A DNA stretch of 64,000 bases from Ruditapes philippinarum (lineage: Eukaryota). Position 1 is the stretch's first letter. Every line of letters begins with the position of its first letter. The position numbers and the translations under genes are program-made. Shown here in pieces: positions 12,655 to 27,600 of the stretch. The stretch lies in the NCBI RefSeq assembly GCF_026571515.1, contig NW_026854186.1:310001-374000 (forward strand), in the 5' to 3' direction. The notes beneath the pieces were generated by a model that saw only the letters and a list, made by a program, of their open reading frames with translations, was not told the DNA's origin and did not search any database.

Positions 12655-15600
12655 TCACGCCTGAGCCAACAAAGCCTGTTGAAGAGCAATATCAGCACCC
12701 GCTGATAACGAATCCGGATCCCTCTGAAATACATCAAAATAAAAATTTAATAACCTTGGCAACAAAAGTAATATCCCAGTATATAATGAATAATTCCACA
12801 ACCTTTAAAGGTCATTAATTAGAATTCAGGTAAGTTATAAAGAAAGAATTATGAAGTGTTAAATGATAAGACCCCTGTATATAATTTCATATGTTCTGGT
12901 AATTAACTTATTTAGCTGGAATGAAAAGATACAAATAATGTTAAAAGGAAATCAGAAAATAACCAATATAAAGCATAAAACTGAGCTCCCTAAAGTTATG
13001 TTACGCTCAAGAAAGATGCTAGTGTTCTTTTAGCAGGAAAGGATCCAAAAGATAACACAAAATGAGAAAAACATGATTGTGTTTCTTTCCTTTTAATAAT
13101 TTCTAAAATAAAGATTTAAAACTTTAAATTAACTGTAAATTCTAACATGATACACACAACTTCCTTATCAAACAGATTGAGAAACAGCCTATATTATTAC
13201 ATATTAATGCAAAGAATAAGGAAAGTAAAGTTTGTTTTGCCATGTGATGTCAATAAACCAAATGACATCATGAAAATTACGTCTTTGCTCAATTAAGTTC
13301 AACACATCATTATAAATTCTATTTCTATTGGCATGTTAGAACTGAAATAGAAATCAATTTTACTTGTGCTGTAGTAAACTAATGATCTGTCATTCAAAAG
13401 TTTCGACTTTATCACTTAGACTTACAGGTCTTTGTGACTTTATTACTATAAAATCCTAAATCAAATCATACATTATTTTACAACAGCACACTGAAAATTA
13501 ATATCCATTTCCTTAACAAATGGCTTCTTTCAAAACTGTAAATAAAATTAAAAGATAACACAAACCAGAATTATCAACTATTTTACCTATCATTGTAATA
13601 GAGTGTTCATTAAATCACATATTTTTCACTCTCTCTAATGTTCTGTTAACTAACACAACAGAATCCTTACAATCTGCATCTTTCTTATCATACTGCACAT
13701 GAAATTTAGCATAGATAATGTATAGAATGAGTTCTCTCCCCCTCATCCATCCTATACAATTATACTCCCCCCCCCCTTCTTACTTCCCAACCTATTTGTT
13801 CCTTCTTAAAAAGGATATATTTATTGATAACAATCAGAAGTGTATTCAGGGAAAGGTTTTCCAAGTTTTAAATCCAGTTTCATACTGAAGGTAAAACTAT
13901 CACAATTTTTCTTCCATTTAGAATTATACAACTATTATCATATATGGTATATAACTGCTTTTTAAATGTATCGTGCATTTTCATTTCATCATAATCACAT
14001 TAATATCATCTTTATACACAGCTGCTTCAAATTTATTACAAATTAATTTTTATTTCAATATGAACTATTATGATTTCATTATAAACATTTTTGACAGATT
14101 ATATGGCCATTTGCTATGTTATCCTTGTTCAGTAACTTGGGTTATATAAACTTATAACCAATTACACTGAGCCATATAACATGTAATACATCTTTATAAC
14201 TTAAACATAAATAAAATTATTAAGCATTGGGACTCTTAACACATCTAGTGAATAAAAGTAAACTGGCAAATATTTCTTTCTTATAATAAACAAAGCTAAA
14301 ACATTATGATAATAATACACATTATTAAAATTAAAAAAAAATGTATCTGAATGATGACACAAGCTTTGTAAGCAAAATTAAATCACTACATCTATAAAGC
14401 ATGGTGTTTTTGAATTAGGTTAATTCCTTGATATATACATGTAAGGCATATAATGATAATCCACAATACTGCAATGACCATGGTACAACATCAAGCTGGG
14501 AGAAAACAAACAAGCATATGATATATAACTGATAAATTTAAGTCTCATTTTCTATTTTGACACACATGTAATTATGACAATATTAATGTCATGAATATAT
14601 CCATAGTTGACTCATAAGAATAAGCTTACTTTCTTTTTGTATCATATAACATTATATAATAATAATAGACAGAGCTATATAATAACAACAAAGTTAGAAT
14701 GCTTAGAAACAGCTTATCATAAATTAATTAATTCACTCTTTATTCATGACTTATAGTCTAGCATCTTCCTATCATTCCATCTTAACAGACAAATTCTAGA
14801 AGACGGCACACTCAACTATTTCTATACTGGATAGTATCGAAATGAGATAGAAACACAAGAAAAAATTGCTTATTAAAGGTCCACACTATATAAATATATT
14901 GCTTATTAAACTAAGTGTGAAAGTTAATCTAAATTTTAGATATTTCATATCACACTAAATACATCTACATACAATTAAAACATCATCAGAAACTTCTGTA
15001 ATGAAGAATGAGAAACTTTAAAGCTGGATAAATTCATGAAACAGAGTAATGGATCATATATAGGAGGGTTGTTAAGAAATTCTATGTTTAAACAGGGAGA
15101 AATGCCTGAAATATAAGTGTCAGAGTAATGTACCTTGTCGTATACTCTTATGAAGACAATTAGATATTGTATGTTAAAAGGGGGAGTAATTCTTAAATAA
15201 AATATAGGGGTCAGAATTATGAATCTTGTCATATATGAGGGATGATTAGGAATTCCATGTTCAAAGGGGAGTAATTCTTGAAATATAGATGTCAGAGTTA
15301 TGGACTTTGTCAAACATCAAGATGATAAGGAATTCTATGGTCAAAAGGGGAGTAATTCATGAAAATAGGGGTCAGAGTTATGAACCTTGTCAAAAATGAG
15401 GGATGGTAAGGAACAAATGTTTGAACTTTGAAGCAAATCTTTTCATTTATAAGAAAGACAGAATAAAAAATATTTTCAACACAAAATATTTCATCTCGGA
15501 CATCATGAAGCAGACATGGATGACGATAACAGGATAAGATTACTGTACATATACATGATAAAACAACCTATAAATGTTACAATGGGTGCCTTATTCTGAA

Positions 15601-18600
15601 ACTATAAAGTATATTAAAGCTGTACAGTATGTGGTGCTGAAGCAAGGAGAGATATTATATATTGTATTAATGATCATGATCATATAGAAGCTGTGTATCC
15701 TACACTGGTATATCATCATGATCATATAGAAGCTGTGTATCCTACACTGGTATATCATCATGATCATATAGAAGCTGTGTATCCTACACTGGTATATCAT
15801 CATGATCATATAGAAGCTGTGTATCCTACACTGGTATATCATCATGATCATATAGAAGCTGTGTATCCTACACTGGTATATCATCATGATCATATAGAAG
15901 CTGTGTATCCTACACTGGTATATCATCATGATCATATAGAAGCTGTGTATGCTACACTGGTATATCATCATGATCATATAGAAGCTGTGTATGCTACACT
16001 GGTATATAATGATCATACAGAAGCTGTGTATGCTACACTGGTATATCATCATGATCATATAGAAGCTGTGTATGCTACACTGGTATATAATGATCATACA
16101 GAAGCTGTGTATGCTACACTGGTATATCATCATGATCATATAGAAGCTGTGTATCCTACACTGGTATATCATCATGATCATACAGAAGCTGTGTATGCTA
16201 CACTGGTATATCATCATGATCATACAGAAGCTGTGTATGCTACACTGGTATATCATCATGATCATATAGAAGCTGTGTATGCTACACTGGTATATCATCA
16301 TGATCATATAGAAGCTGTGTATCCTACACTTGTATATCATCATGATCATATAGAAGCTGTGTATCCTACACTGGTATATCATCATTATCATATAGAAGCT
16401 GTGTATCCTACACTGGTATATCATCATGATCATATAGAAGCTGTGTATCCTACACTGGTATATCATCATTATCATATAGAAGCTGTGTATGCTACACTGG
16501 TATATCATCATGATCATATAGAAGCTGTGTATCCTACACTGGTATATCATCATTATCATATAGAAGCTGTGTATGCTACACTGGTATATCATCATGATCA
16601 TATAGAAGCTGTGTATCCTACACTGGTATATCATCATTATCATATAGAAGCTGTGTATGCTACACTGGTATATCATCATGATCATATAGAAGCTGTGTAT
16701 CCTACACTGGTATATCAAACATCTTTGTGCACATCTAACAATATGGTGAACAATTCTACAAATTTACAAGATAGATAAACTATATCAACAATATTATAAA
16801 ATTTCTGGTATTTTAACTTACCATCCACTATTATAGCATCCTTTAATGATTAACAAATGTCATACATAATATACGACTGATTATTATCATTTATTTTGTT
16901 GCTAACTTAGTGACTTATTCAAAATACAGGTGCAAATACAGGCATCTCCAAAAAATTATTATCTAACAGGCAAAATTCACGAAAAAAATTGATGTTCATA
17001 AAAATAAAAAGATTGAATTATAATTTAATTAGACATCATTTTATACAACTGATTTTGTATAAATGATAAAATCAAGCCAGCAATCTTTACTTCATTATAA
17101 AACATGAGAAAAAGAGCCAGGAGTCTCAAAATATGCCCGTCACAAAAGCTTTTGACAGAGACGTATGCTATTTTATTACAAAATGTCAATATAATATTAT
17201 ACTAATATAAAATATAATGTACATGATAGATAAATATGATTTAAGATAATTTCCCCATGATTATCTGTATTTAAAAACAAAATTTATCAGAAGTCAACGA
17301 ATGTTAACATTATGTACATGTAAAAGTTAAGATAAAAAAATGGAAGAGTTGAATATTTTGTGGTAAAGAGTTCATATAACTGTTACTTCGATAAAACAAC
17401 AGCTCAACATGCCAAAACATGAACAATGTTAACATGCAAAAAATGTGAAAATAAAAAAAAATGACTTAAAGATATAAAGGACTGTAAACAAGTGTCACTT
17501 TGACACTGACCTTTGACTTAATAACCTCATAAATTAATAATCAATAATGTGGACCATAATATGATCCAAGTTATCTTCAAGCATGTTAAAATATTATTAA
17601 TATGTTCATGTAGTCAATGAGTCAAAATATATTGATGTGCCAAAGCAAGATTCTGAGATATTTTCAATCAGGGTCAGAATCTAAACAAGATATTGCCCAG
17701 ACACAAAATAGCACAATATCTCGTAGCGCAGTACAATTAGTTCCACTTGTAGTCAATACATATTAGTAACGTCTAACTTGTCAGATACTGATGAATTTCC
17801 AAATGACAGTAAGGAAACATTTGAAAGGTAAAGGCAAAAGAACAGCAGAATAATTAAAGTTTTGAATGTTTTCCATTTACAGTCATGACTAATTTGAAGT
17901 AATGATAAGAAAAGGTTATTCTAAATTTCAAGGTTATTAAAATATTGAATTCCAACCAATGGCTTTTATCCAGCAAGTGGCAGCTTGTGAACAACAGAAA
18001 CAAAATTATTTTCACCCTAATACCATGATTTAAGGTCTAACATTGGTGGGATTTTCCATTTTCTTCACAAATATATTTGTGTTATCTGATTTAACCATAA
18101 TGTTACTTTATACAATCAGAATGCTTATGATAATAAAAACATGTCCTATATATAGCTATATAAAAGGTACAGAATCAGACTCACCCTGAACTCCAGCATA
18201 AGTAGGTCACTAAGTCGCTTCACCTCATTTGGTTGATTAAGAAGTGACGTCTGCTTCCTTAAATGATCCTGTAGCATATGTCTCTGTCGTCTGCTAAATG
18301 TTAAACTGTCCTTCTGAGCTCTATCATACATCCTAATAATATTCAATGATAAGACGTATACTAAAATAAATAAGCACATAATAAGCACATAATAATAATA
18401 GTGTAATAATTCTGGATGATCTTAAATTACAGAAATGAATGTGAAACAAGTGCAGTTGGTAGGACAGGGTGCTCCACTAGCCCAAGTGTAGTGCAGTTGG
18501 TAGGACAGGGTGCTCCACTAGCCCAAGTGTAGTGCAGTTGGTAGGACAGGGTGCTCCACTAGCCCAAGTGTTTGATAAGTAAAATAAGAGCCTGGATATG

Positions 18601-21600
18601 TCGAATTTTCAAAGTTGAAAAAAGGCTGTTATTCTGTCAAAAAGTCACGATAATGTTATAGGCCTTGGACAATGACCATATATTATCATCTCAAATAAGA
18701 TTTAACCCATTGTGAATAATTATTCCATGTGGTTTATATTTTTCTTCTTTGATAGAAAAAAATGAAAATTACTTTTTGAAACCACAATTCTGTTTTTAAC
18801 AATGTGTACTGGTAAATTTATTTAATTTCTCTTGGCTAACTTTGTTACTCATCTTTGTAGGGTTATTTTACACTTTTGTATGTAAAGGAAAATGAGTGCA
18901 ACATTCAGAATAGATACATTGACATAATCTATGAACCTTAATTGTCCCTTCATGTCACTAAATGCTTTTTTATCAATCTAACTTCGATAATTTTATGATA
19001 ATTTGACCTTTTCTATGTTTTAAAACTTGGCTAATTTTTATCATTTCAAATACTGAAAATGAATCAGTATCATACTATGTACATTAAAGTAATTTTATAC
19101 AGGTAAATAAGATAACAGGTCACATGACGCCCTTGTCATAAGCCTTTATCTTATCAACCGTTATCATTTGCTGAATGTAATTTTGAAAATTAGATAATGA
19201 GTTCAAACTTTTAGTAGCTACTTTTTGTGACGGTAGGTGGGGCAGAAATAGACACATTTTACAAATGTATATACATTACTATCATCAAGACTGAGTAAAT
19301 AAAATTTATTCTAAGACTTTGAATCAAACATGGATCACTCAAGTTCTTCAGATTTTAGTTCTTCAATAAGGATCACTAGGATTATGGAATCAGACGTAAG
19401 AAATTCTATGACAACTTCTACAAATCAAGGCTCTGACTTTGAACAATCCCTACATGAATCAGAAGTCCAGGATTCTGAAGAACTTGTTGAAATGTACTGT
19501 GAAGACTGTCACAGTGAGGGAAAGGATGAAACAGCTACTGGTTATTGTATAGACTGTGTGAAATACTTCTGTCAAAACTGTTTGAAGTTTCATAAAAAGT
19601 ACATCAGTGGTCACAAGCAGCTGGAAAACAGTGATATGCCAAAAGATGTGTGCCTGGAGCAGTGTGATATTCATGATGATGAACTCATCAAATTCTACTG
19701 TCACAGATGTGACAAGTTTGCATGCAAACTCTGCAAGGATGTAAGCCATAAAAACTGCAAAAGTTTGAATCATGTTCCAGAACTCGTAAAAGATATTGAA
19801 AATGGACAAGAACTTAAGGATGTTGTGCAGGATCTTGAAAAAATGGACAGAAAACTGAGAGGGATACATGATGATATTGATCGAAATGAACAGGTCATTG
19901 AACAGATAAGAGATGACACAGATTTGGCCATTGAAAATAATGCTGACAATATTACTGAAATGATTAAAGAGAAGATAAACATCCTGAAAATTCAGGTTGA
20001 GGAAAAGGCACAAAATGACAGAAAAAGGCTCAAAGTTATTTCAGTACTCTATGAAAATTTGAAGTCTGAGACAGAGACATTAAAGAATCAAATAAAGTAT
20101 CAAAATGATGCAAAACAAAGATGCAAACTCTTCATGACTCTAAAAAGAGCAAGAAGAAATTTAAAAGACTTTGAAAGAAAGCTTCAAGAAATGAATAAAA
20201 AGAATGTGGTAGAAGAATACAGGTTTGAACCAGGTACAAAGATGAGCACTCTTGATGAAAAGGACTTTGGAAAAATTGTTGGCAAAGGTGAAAAGGAACA
20301 GGACCTTCAGAAAAGGGTGGCACAAGAGATAAATGTTAAAGCAGAGAATGAACTTCTTGACTGTGCAATATGGAATATTTGTTTATACCCTGAAAATTTT
20401 CTTATAGTTTGTGATGGTAGAAATTGTTCAATCAAATCTATTGATTTAAGAACAAATAAGATAATATCAGTGATGCCCATCAATAACCCAATCTGTGTCA
20501 GTAAGGTGAGCAACAACAAACTTGTTGTAGCTTGTATCAATGTCAGTGAACTCAGTTTCATGTCCCTGTCCCGGTCAGGTACAATAAATAATCTACATCA
20601 AAAGATTGAGACTGAAATGCCTTGCTGGGATGTTGTTTGCAATGATAATCATTTCATTGTCACAATGTTCCAGACAAGATCCTCTTCGCCTGGTAAAATT
20701 CAAGAGCTTGATATAGATGGGGTGGTTCTAAGGTCAATTCAATGTAACTTCATGGGGAAAATGTTCAGGATTTCAAAAATGACCCTAAGTTTGGATGGTA
20801 GGTCATTATTTATGGTAGACCTGATGAAAGATGCTGTCATCAAAATGACTGTTGATGGTAAACTGGTTGCCACGTATGAAAATGAAAACTTAACACAAGT
20901 ATATGGTTTGACAGCAAGTAGAGAAGGCTCTGTCTATGTTTGTGATAGCGGATCTTACCAAATTCACAAATTATCTGCAGATTGCAGCCAATCAGAAGTC
21001 CAATTTAATAAGTCACATGGTCTATGGCGCCCAATTTGTATTACTTGCTCTGCCAATTATGACAAACTCTATGTAGGAGAAGCCCATCAAAATACAATTA
21101 AAGTACTTAACATATAGATACAAAACTATCAGCAGCTGTAATGTTTTACACAGGGTGATTTGAGAGTAGCACTGATATAAATATTCTTGTTTGTTTTGAA
21201 TACAAACTTCTCTAAATTTTGCAGAATTTTATTTTGCAGAAAAGAATTCACTTCGAATCTTGATTTTCTTGTTTTATTCAAGGATGGTGTTCTGTTGACT
21301 TGTATATGATTGATATGTTAAATGAGAATTACATGTAAACTTAATATATTATTTACATCAGATTCTGGATATATAATTTCTTCTTCTAGTATTTTTTTTT
21401 CCAAATATAATCAGCATAATGAGCTTCGGGTAACCTTTGATTCATTTGACAATTACTATAATATATACTATATGTGATTTATTGACATTATTGTTGTTTT
21501 TTTGTATTATATCAGATACTGATTCATTATAGACAGTAAATCCTAACTTATTCCTTTTCCTACAGACATGTATTTCTGAAAAATACCTAATTTACAAACT

Positions 21601-24600
21601 AATTAGTGTAATAATAAACTTGGAAAAAATGTTCTAGTTGGTTTAATGTTGTTCAAAACTACAAAAAAATGCCCACAATTGGTATCCAATACAAAAATAT
21701 GTATTTCAAACATTATACTTGAAGGAACATTCTAACACGACCCGCATTTTTCCCCATTGAACATAGAAGAACCGAAAGTGTGTGTTATTATGCAATAAAA
21801 TCACAGTTTGACGTTCTATATTTAGACATGTGACGTAATCATTTTACACGTGACGTAACCACTAAAAATGTGATGCGCTGAAAATAAGTACAGAAACAAA
21901 TCAGACGCAATATAGGTTACTATCAGGTACGGCAGCATTTATTTGTTGATGTTGTGTTAGAATTGAAATAATTAATCTAAAACAGTGATTTTATCACTGT
22001 TCATCACAGTTCATCGTATGTGCATCATTATATCACTCGGGCTTAGTGCCCTCATGATATAATTCCTCTCATCAGAACTCCAAATAGTGATGTTATTGAG
22101 CGATAAAATCACTGTTTTGGATATATTATTTCTTAATTAACCTACTTAAAATTTTTTGTAGGCTTTTAACAGAAATTTTGAACCTATTTTTGGTCATATC
22201 TCTGAGGCTGATCCACCTAACGGTTAAATAAGGAAATGTATCTTATTTCTTCTTAATTCAGACCAACCATATTAATTCCTTAATGTACTGTTAAATATAG
22301 GAATAATATGTATGATGTTGATATATAATTAGGATGTAATTCTCTTCTTTAAGTAAGTTTTTAAAGTAAATGCAATAAGAAATACTAACATCAGAAAATT
22401 GTATTTTTCAAATGAAATTATAGAATATTGTAGTCTTCTTCTATACATTTACATCGCAATACAGATATGTGTACATTTGCTCTAGATTGAAAATTACAGA
22501 ATTTATCAAAAATGAATGCAAAAGAAATTCCATCACTAATGGTAATAGTAAATCTTTTTGTAAATATACAACCAACCTCCTACATACTGCCTTTACACAT
22601 TATTTCCCAAACCAAGATAAAAGCAATTTACACTCTATATTTGTAGTCATAACCATCTTACAAGCTACCTAAATATTCAGCTACTTTGGCAAGCTTAAGT
22701 TCTGTATTATGGCAAAAAAAAAATTCTCAACAAATATGAAGTACTTGTATAGTATATGTAAGTACAAAATACTTACTCCTGATATTGTTTCTCCTGATCT
22801 CTAACTTTCTTGAAACTTTCTCGTATCACATCTTTGTATGTAGGGGCACCTAATGTGACAACAGTCAAGGAATTTCAATATTATAAAACCTTACTGAAGT
22901 TACTGTTTGTCTTTCAAGGTGGTGACCTCATGTAAACAATATGTTCTTATTCACTCTCATATTTGCAATCACAACTTTAGCTCAACATAATTTTCTAGAT
23001 AACTGTCATCAAGTAGCTTTCAAAAAAAAATATTTTATTAGTTAGGTGTGATAATAAAGATGTGATCATGGTCATATGCAAATAAAAATTCTTTTTTAAA
23101 ATACATGTATAAGCAAGCACAAAACCTGGATAGTTTTTTCTTTTTCAAGTACATAGCACATATGTTCGATAATTAATCATGAATAAACTTTCTACAACAA
23201 CAACAACATATATGAGCCGCGTCACAACAAAACCAACATAGTGCGTTTGCGACCAGCATGGATCCAGACCAGCCTGCGCATCCGCGCAGTCTGATCAGGA
23301 TCCATGCTGTTCGCTAACCAACTCTTTTACAAGTAGAGAAACTGATAGCGAGCAGCATGGATCCTGATCAGACTGCGCAGATCCATGCTGGTCGCAAACG
23401 CACTATGTTGGTTTTGTCGTGACGCGGCTCATATGTTTATTCATGTCAGCATCATATACAGAACAACAATGAACTTTTAAACACTTTACTACAATGTTGA
23501 TTGAGAGCACACTTTATAATGTATCATGAAATGTTTTTAGATATAGAGGATATTTGTTTGTTTGTTTTGCATGTAAGATTGAAATATATTTCACCGAGTG
23601 AACACCAGATGCAATATTTTCATGAGTGGCATAGCCAAGAGTGAAAATAGAATAGCTGGTGTTCACAAATGAAATATATTTCAATTTTTTATGTAAAACA
23701 AATAAATTTTCTTTTTATTTCATATTTATTTAGTGATTTTAAGTATTTTTTACTGATTTTGCCATGTAATGTTGTGCATTATCCTTTATGTCAACACATA
23801 ACGAGGTCACATCATCAATTTTGAAATATAGTTCTGTTAAATTTCTGTAATTTTGTAACATTTTTTACAACTTGCTGTTCCTATAGAAGCAAAATTTACA
23901 TATGATGGCATTTATTTTTGCATGTTATTCCATTTAGTTATGATATTCTTTTCAGATATAGTCTGGCTACAGTATAAATTATATTTTATAAATTTCACTA
24001 GTGGTTTATCAGAATATAATCATCTGATAAATTACAGTAAAACACTGGAAAGCATAAAATAAATCAATATAACAAGAAATCATTCAATAACATTCACAAG
24101 AAATAACAATATAATATATAAAAGGATATGGAGGTAAATTTTGTTCCTCTGTTCTCTGTACCAGGAACACTTGTCCAGCATCTCGTGTAAGATTTTTCAC
24201 ACGTAGAAAATGAGCCACTAGGGGGCTCTGTCCGTACAAGTTGTACAATGACTTGGTAGTGTCTGCCCCTTTACATGCCGGATGGGACTGAAAACAAATG
24301 ATAACATTCTTATCTTTGTGATGATATCTTACTGAATACGAAAACACTTAATGCATAACAAATAATTTTTATGCAAAACATTATGTCTATGAACATTCAG
24401 AAACCAGAGATAAAATACATTTAAATGTCTTAACTATAAAAAAAACCTCTGTGATGTTACTTAAATTTTCTACCACTGTCTGACCATTGATGTTGAAAAT
24501 TTAACTTAGTTGGTAAACCGGAAAAGAATGAGCATCAGACCTGAAATGGAATCCCACATATGGGACCACAGTCATGTCAATGCTGTGAGCCACATATCAA

Positions 24601-27600
24601 GAGGCTGTGGTAAGTAGCTGCTGAGAAAACTGTTACGAAAATTTCCTTCTATCTATTGATCATTAATTATGTCAAAATTTAATGCTGAAAATCAAACTAA
24701 GTCGGCAAACAGGAAGTGAATGAGTGACAGACCTGAAATTGAATCTCACAGTATGGGACCATGTGTTGATGCTGTATACCAAATATCAAAAGGCTGTGAT
24801 AAGTAGTTGCCAAGAAAACAGTTACGAAAATTTCCTACTATTGACCATTAATGTAGAAAATTTAACTAAGTCGGCAAACAGGAAGTGGATGAGCGACAGA
24901 CCTGAAATCATCTCCCACGGTATGGGACCATATGTTAATGCCTTGTGCCAAATATCAAGAGGCTGTGATAAGTAGTTGCTGAGAAAACTGTTACGAAAAT
25001 TTCTTACTATTGACCATTAATGTAGGAAATTTAACTAAGTCGGCAAACAGGAAGTGGATGAGTGACATACCTGAAATCGAATCCCACAGTATGGGATCAT
25101 GTATTGATTCTGTATACCAAATATCAAGAGGCTGTGATAATTAGTTGCTGAGAAAACTGTTACGAAAATTTCCTACTATTGACCATTAATGTTAAAAATT
25201 TAACTAAGTCGGCAAACAGGAAGTGGATGAGTGACAGACCTGAAATCGTATCCCACAGTATGGTATCATGTGTTGATTCTGTATACCAAATATCAAGAGG
25301 CTGTGATAATTAGTTGCTGAGAAAACTGTTACGAAAATTTCCTACTATTGACCATTAATGTTAAAAATTTAACTAAGTCGGCAAACAGGAAGTGGATGAG
25401 TGACAGACCTGAAATCGTATCCCACAGTATGGGATCATGTGTTGATTCTGTATACCAAATATCAAGAGGCTGTGATAATTAGTTGCTGAGAAAACTGTTA
25501 CGAAAATTTCCTACTATTGACCATTAATGTTAAAAATTTAACTAAGTCGGCAAACAGGAAGTGGATGAGTGACAGACCTGAAATCGTATCCCACATTATG
25601 GGATCATGTGTTGATTCTGTATACCAAATATCAAGAGGCTGTGATAATTAGTTGCTGAGAAAACTGTTACGAAAATTTCCTACTATTGACCATTAATGTT
25701 AAAAATTTAAACTAAGTCGGCAAACAGGAAGTGGATGAGTGACAGACCTGAAATCGTATCCCACAGTATGGGATCATGTGTTGATTCTGTATACCAAATA
25801 TCAAGAGGCTGTGATAATTAGTTGCTGAGAAAACTGTTACGAAAATTTCCTACTATTGACCATTAATGTTAAAAATTTAACTAAGTCGGCAAACAGGAAG
25901 TGGATGAGTGACAGACCTGAAATCGTATCCCACATTATGGGATCATGTGTTGATTCTGTATACCAAATATCAAGAGGCTGTGATAATTAGTTGCTGAGAA
26001 AACTGTTACGAAAATTTCCTACTATTGACCATTAATGTTAAAAATTTAACTAAGTCGGCAAACAGGAAGTGGATGAGTGACAGACCTGAAATCGTATCCC
26101 ACAGTATGGGATCATGTGTTGATTCTGTATACCAAATATCAAGAGGCTGTGATAATTAGTTGCTGAGAAAACTGTTACGAAAGTTTTTTCCCCACCCACC
26201 CGCCAGCCGCCCAACATTAACCATACTATAACCCGGGTTTGCACCAGTGCAACCCGGCCAAAAACTGAAGTTGTGTTTGCTGATGTGGAAAACGAAATCA
26301 TATTAAATAGTATAAGTAAAGAAGCTGTGCAGACCTTTCCATGCATGAGATATTGATTTTATTTTAATTCAAAGTAGGTTTTTTGTGTGAAAGTAACTGA
26401 TCTGCAAGTTAACTAAGGTAAAATAGAATACATGAGAATATTTTATAGAATTATACCATACCTCCTCCTTAGGTTTTGGTTCCTTGTGAGCTGCGGCCAT
26501 CATTTTGATGACTTGCTCTGATTGGCTCTCCATCTTATCTCGCTGTGAATCATCATACTCTTCAAAAGTTGTCTCCCTTATAGGAGTCAATGCCTCTACC
26601 AGTTTACGTGGATCTACAGGTTTTGGCTGTTTTCCTCGTTTGTGAGGACTGCTGGTAATTGGTTTAACTTCAGCAATCTCTGCTACTATTTTAAAAAAAC
26701 AAACAAAACAAACCATTATTGTGTTAGAAAGATTGTTAATCTGTAAAGTGGAAAACAAAGAATACTTGTACCGGTAAGTAAATGTAGAAGAAAAGTTAAC
26801 TTACATTTGCCATCATGTGATGAAGAGGACGCTGATGATGATGGTACTTTACTTGACCCACTTCGTTTGTCCGAACTGTCCTTGGACATCTTGCCCTTTC
26901 TCCTACCTCTTGTACGTCTAGAGTGGGCCGACAGATTGGAGGCTGTCTGAGACAGAGATGCTGATGAGGCATATCTACTGATGTTACTGGAGATGAGAGA
27001 ATCCAAGAAGTCAAAGTTAACTGATGTTGATGCTGGAACATAAAGTAGAAATATCTCTACAAACATGATTCAAAATACTACAAGAAAATGTAGTCAAATA
27101 TTTTGTTTTTCAAAATATTCCAATTTACCCTGGAATAAGTCTTTTATAAACAAAGTTTTAACAACTGTATAGGTGATCCTTGGTTGCTTAAGGCAATAAA
27201 ATATCATTCTTGCATATCAGACAGGATTATCTACTGTTTACACTGGTGCTAGAAAAACCTGCCTTACACCCCCAATGTAAGACAAGTTGCCTGTTTTAAT
27301 TGATGTCATTCCCACACACATTTTAAGAATGAATTGTGTTCTTAGGATGTTGTCATTTTGTAAATATGATTGAAGTTGTAAATTCATATGCTACTATAAG
27401 AAACAAGTCCTAAATGAAAATAGTAGTTTTCATTATTTCTTTCCAAAATACAATTGATGTAATATCCAAGAAGAAAAATTAAACAACGGCTGCCAGTACA
27501 GCCAGAAATGTCTAGCTTGAGGGTAACTGTTACCGCCATAAACAGTTACCCTATAGCAAGATATTCCGGTCTGTTCCAGCAGCCAGAGTTAGATTCTTAT

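Larger units (their letters stand above)
22855..24129 (-). other. U12-type AT-AC intron of FAM227A
   Basis: Minus strand: 5' site ATATCCTTTT, branch site TTCCTTGAC (22872-22864), 3' end CAC. Splicing gives an in-frame ..QNLPP-LGAPTYKDVIRE. Confidence 0.9.

Noticed and set aside
15591-16718. 375-aa minus-strand ORF (MIYQCRIHSFYMIM)n
   Set aside because: By-product of a 39-bp (3n) minisatellite inside an intron; no domain and no splice context.
15673-18570. CRISPR-like appearance of the 39-bp and 41-bp repeats
   Set aside because: Units are head-to-tail with no unique spacers, there are no cas genes, and the context is eukaryotic.
19459-20561. Minus-strand ORFs overlapping the TRIM-like gene
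   Set aside because: Antisense shadows of a real coding sequence; no motifs.
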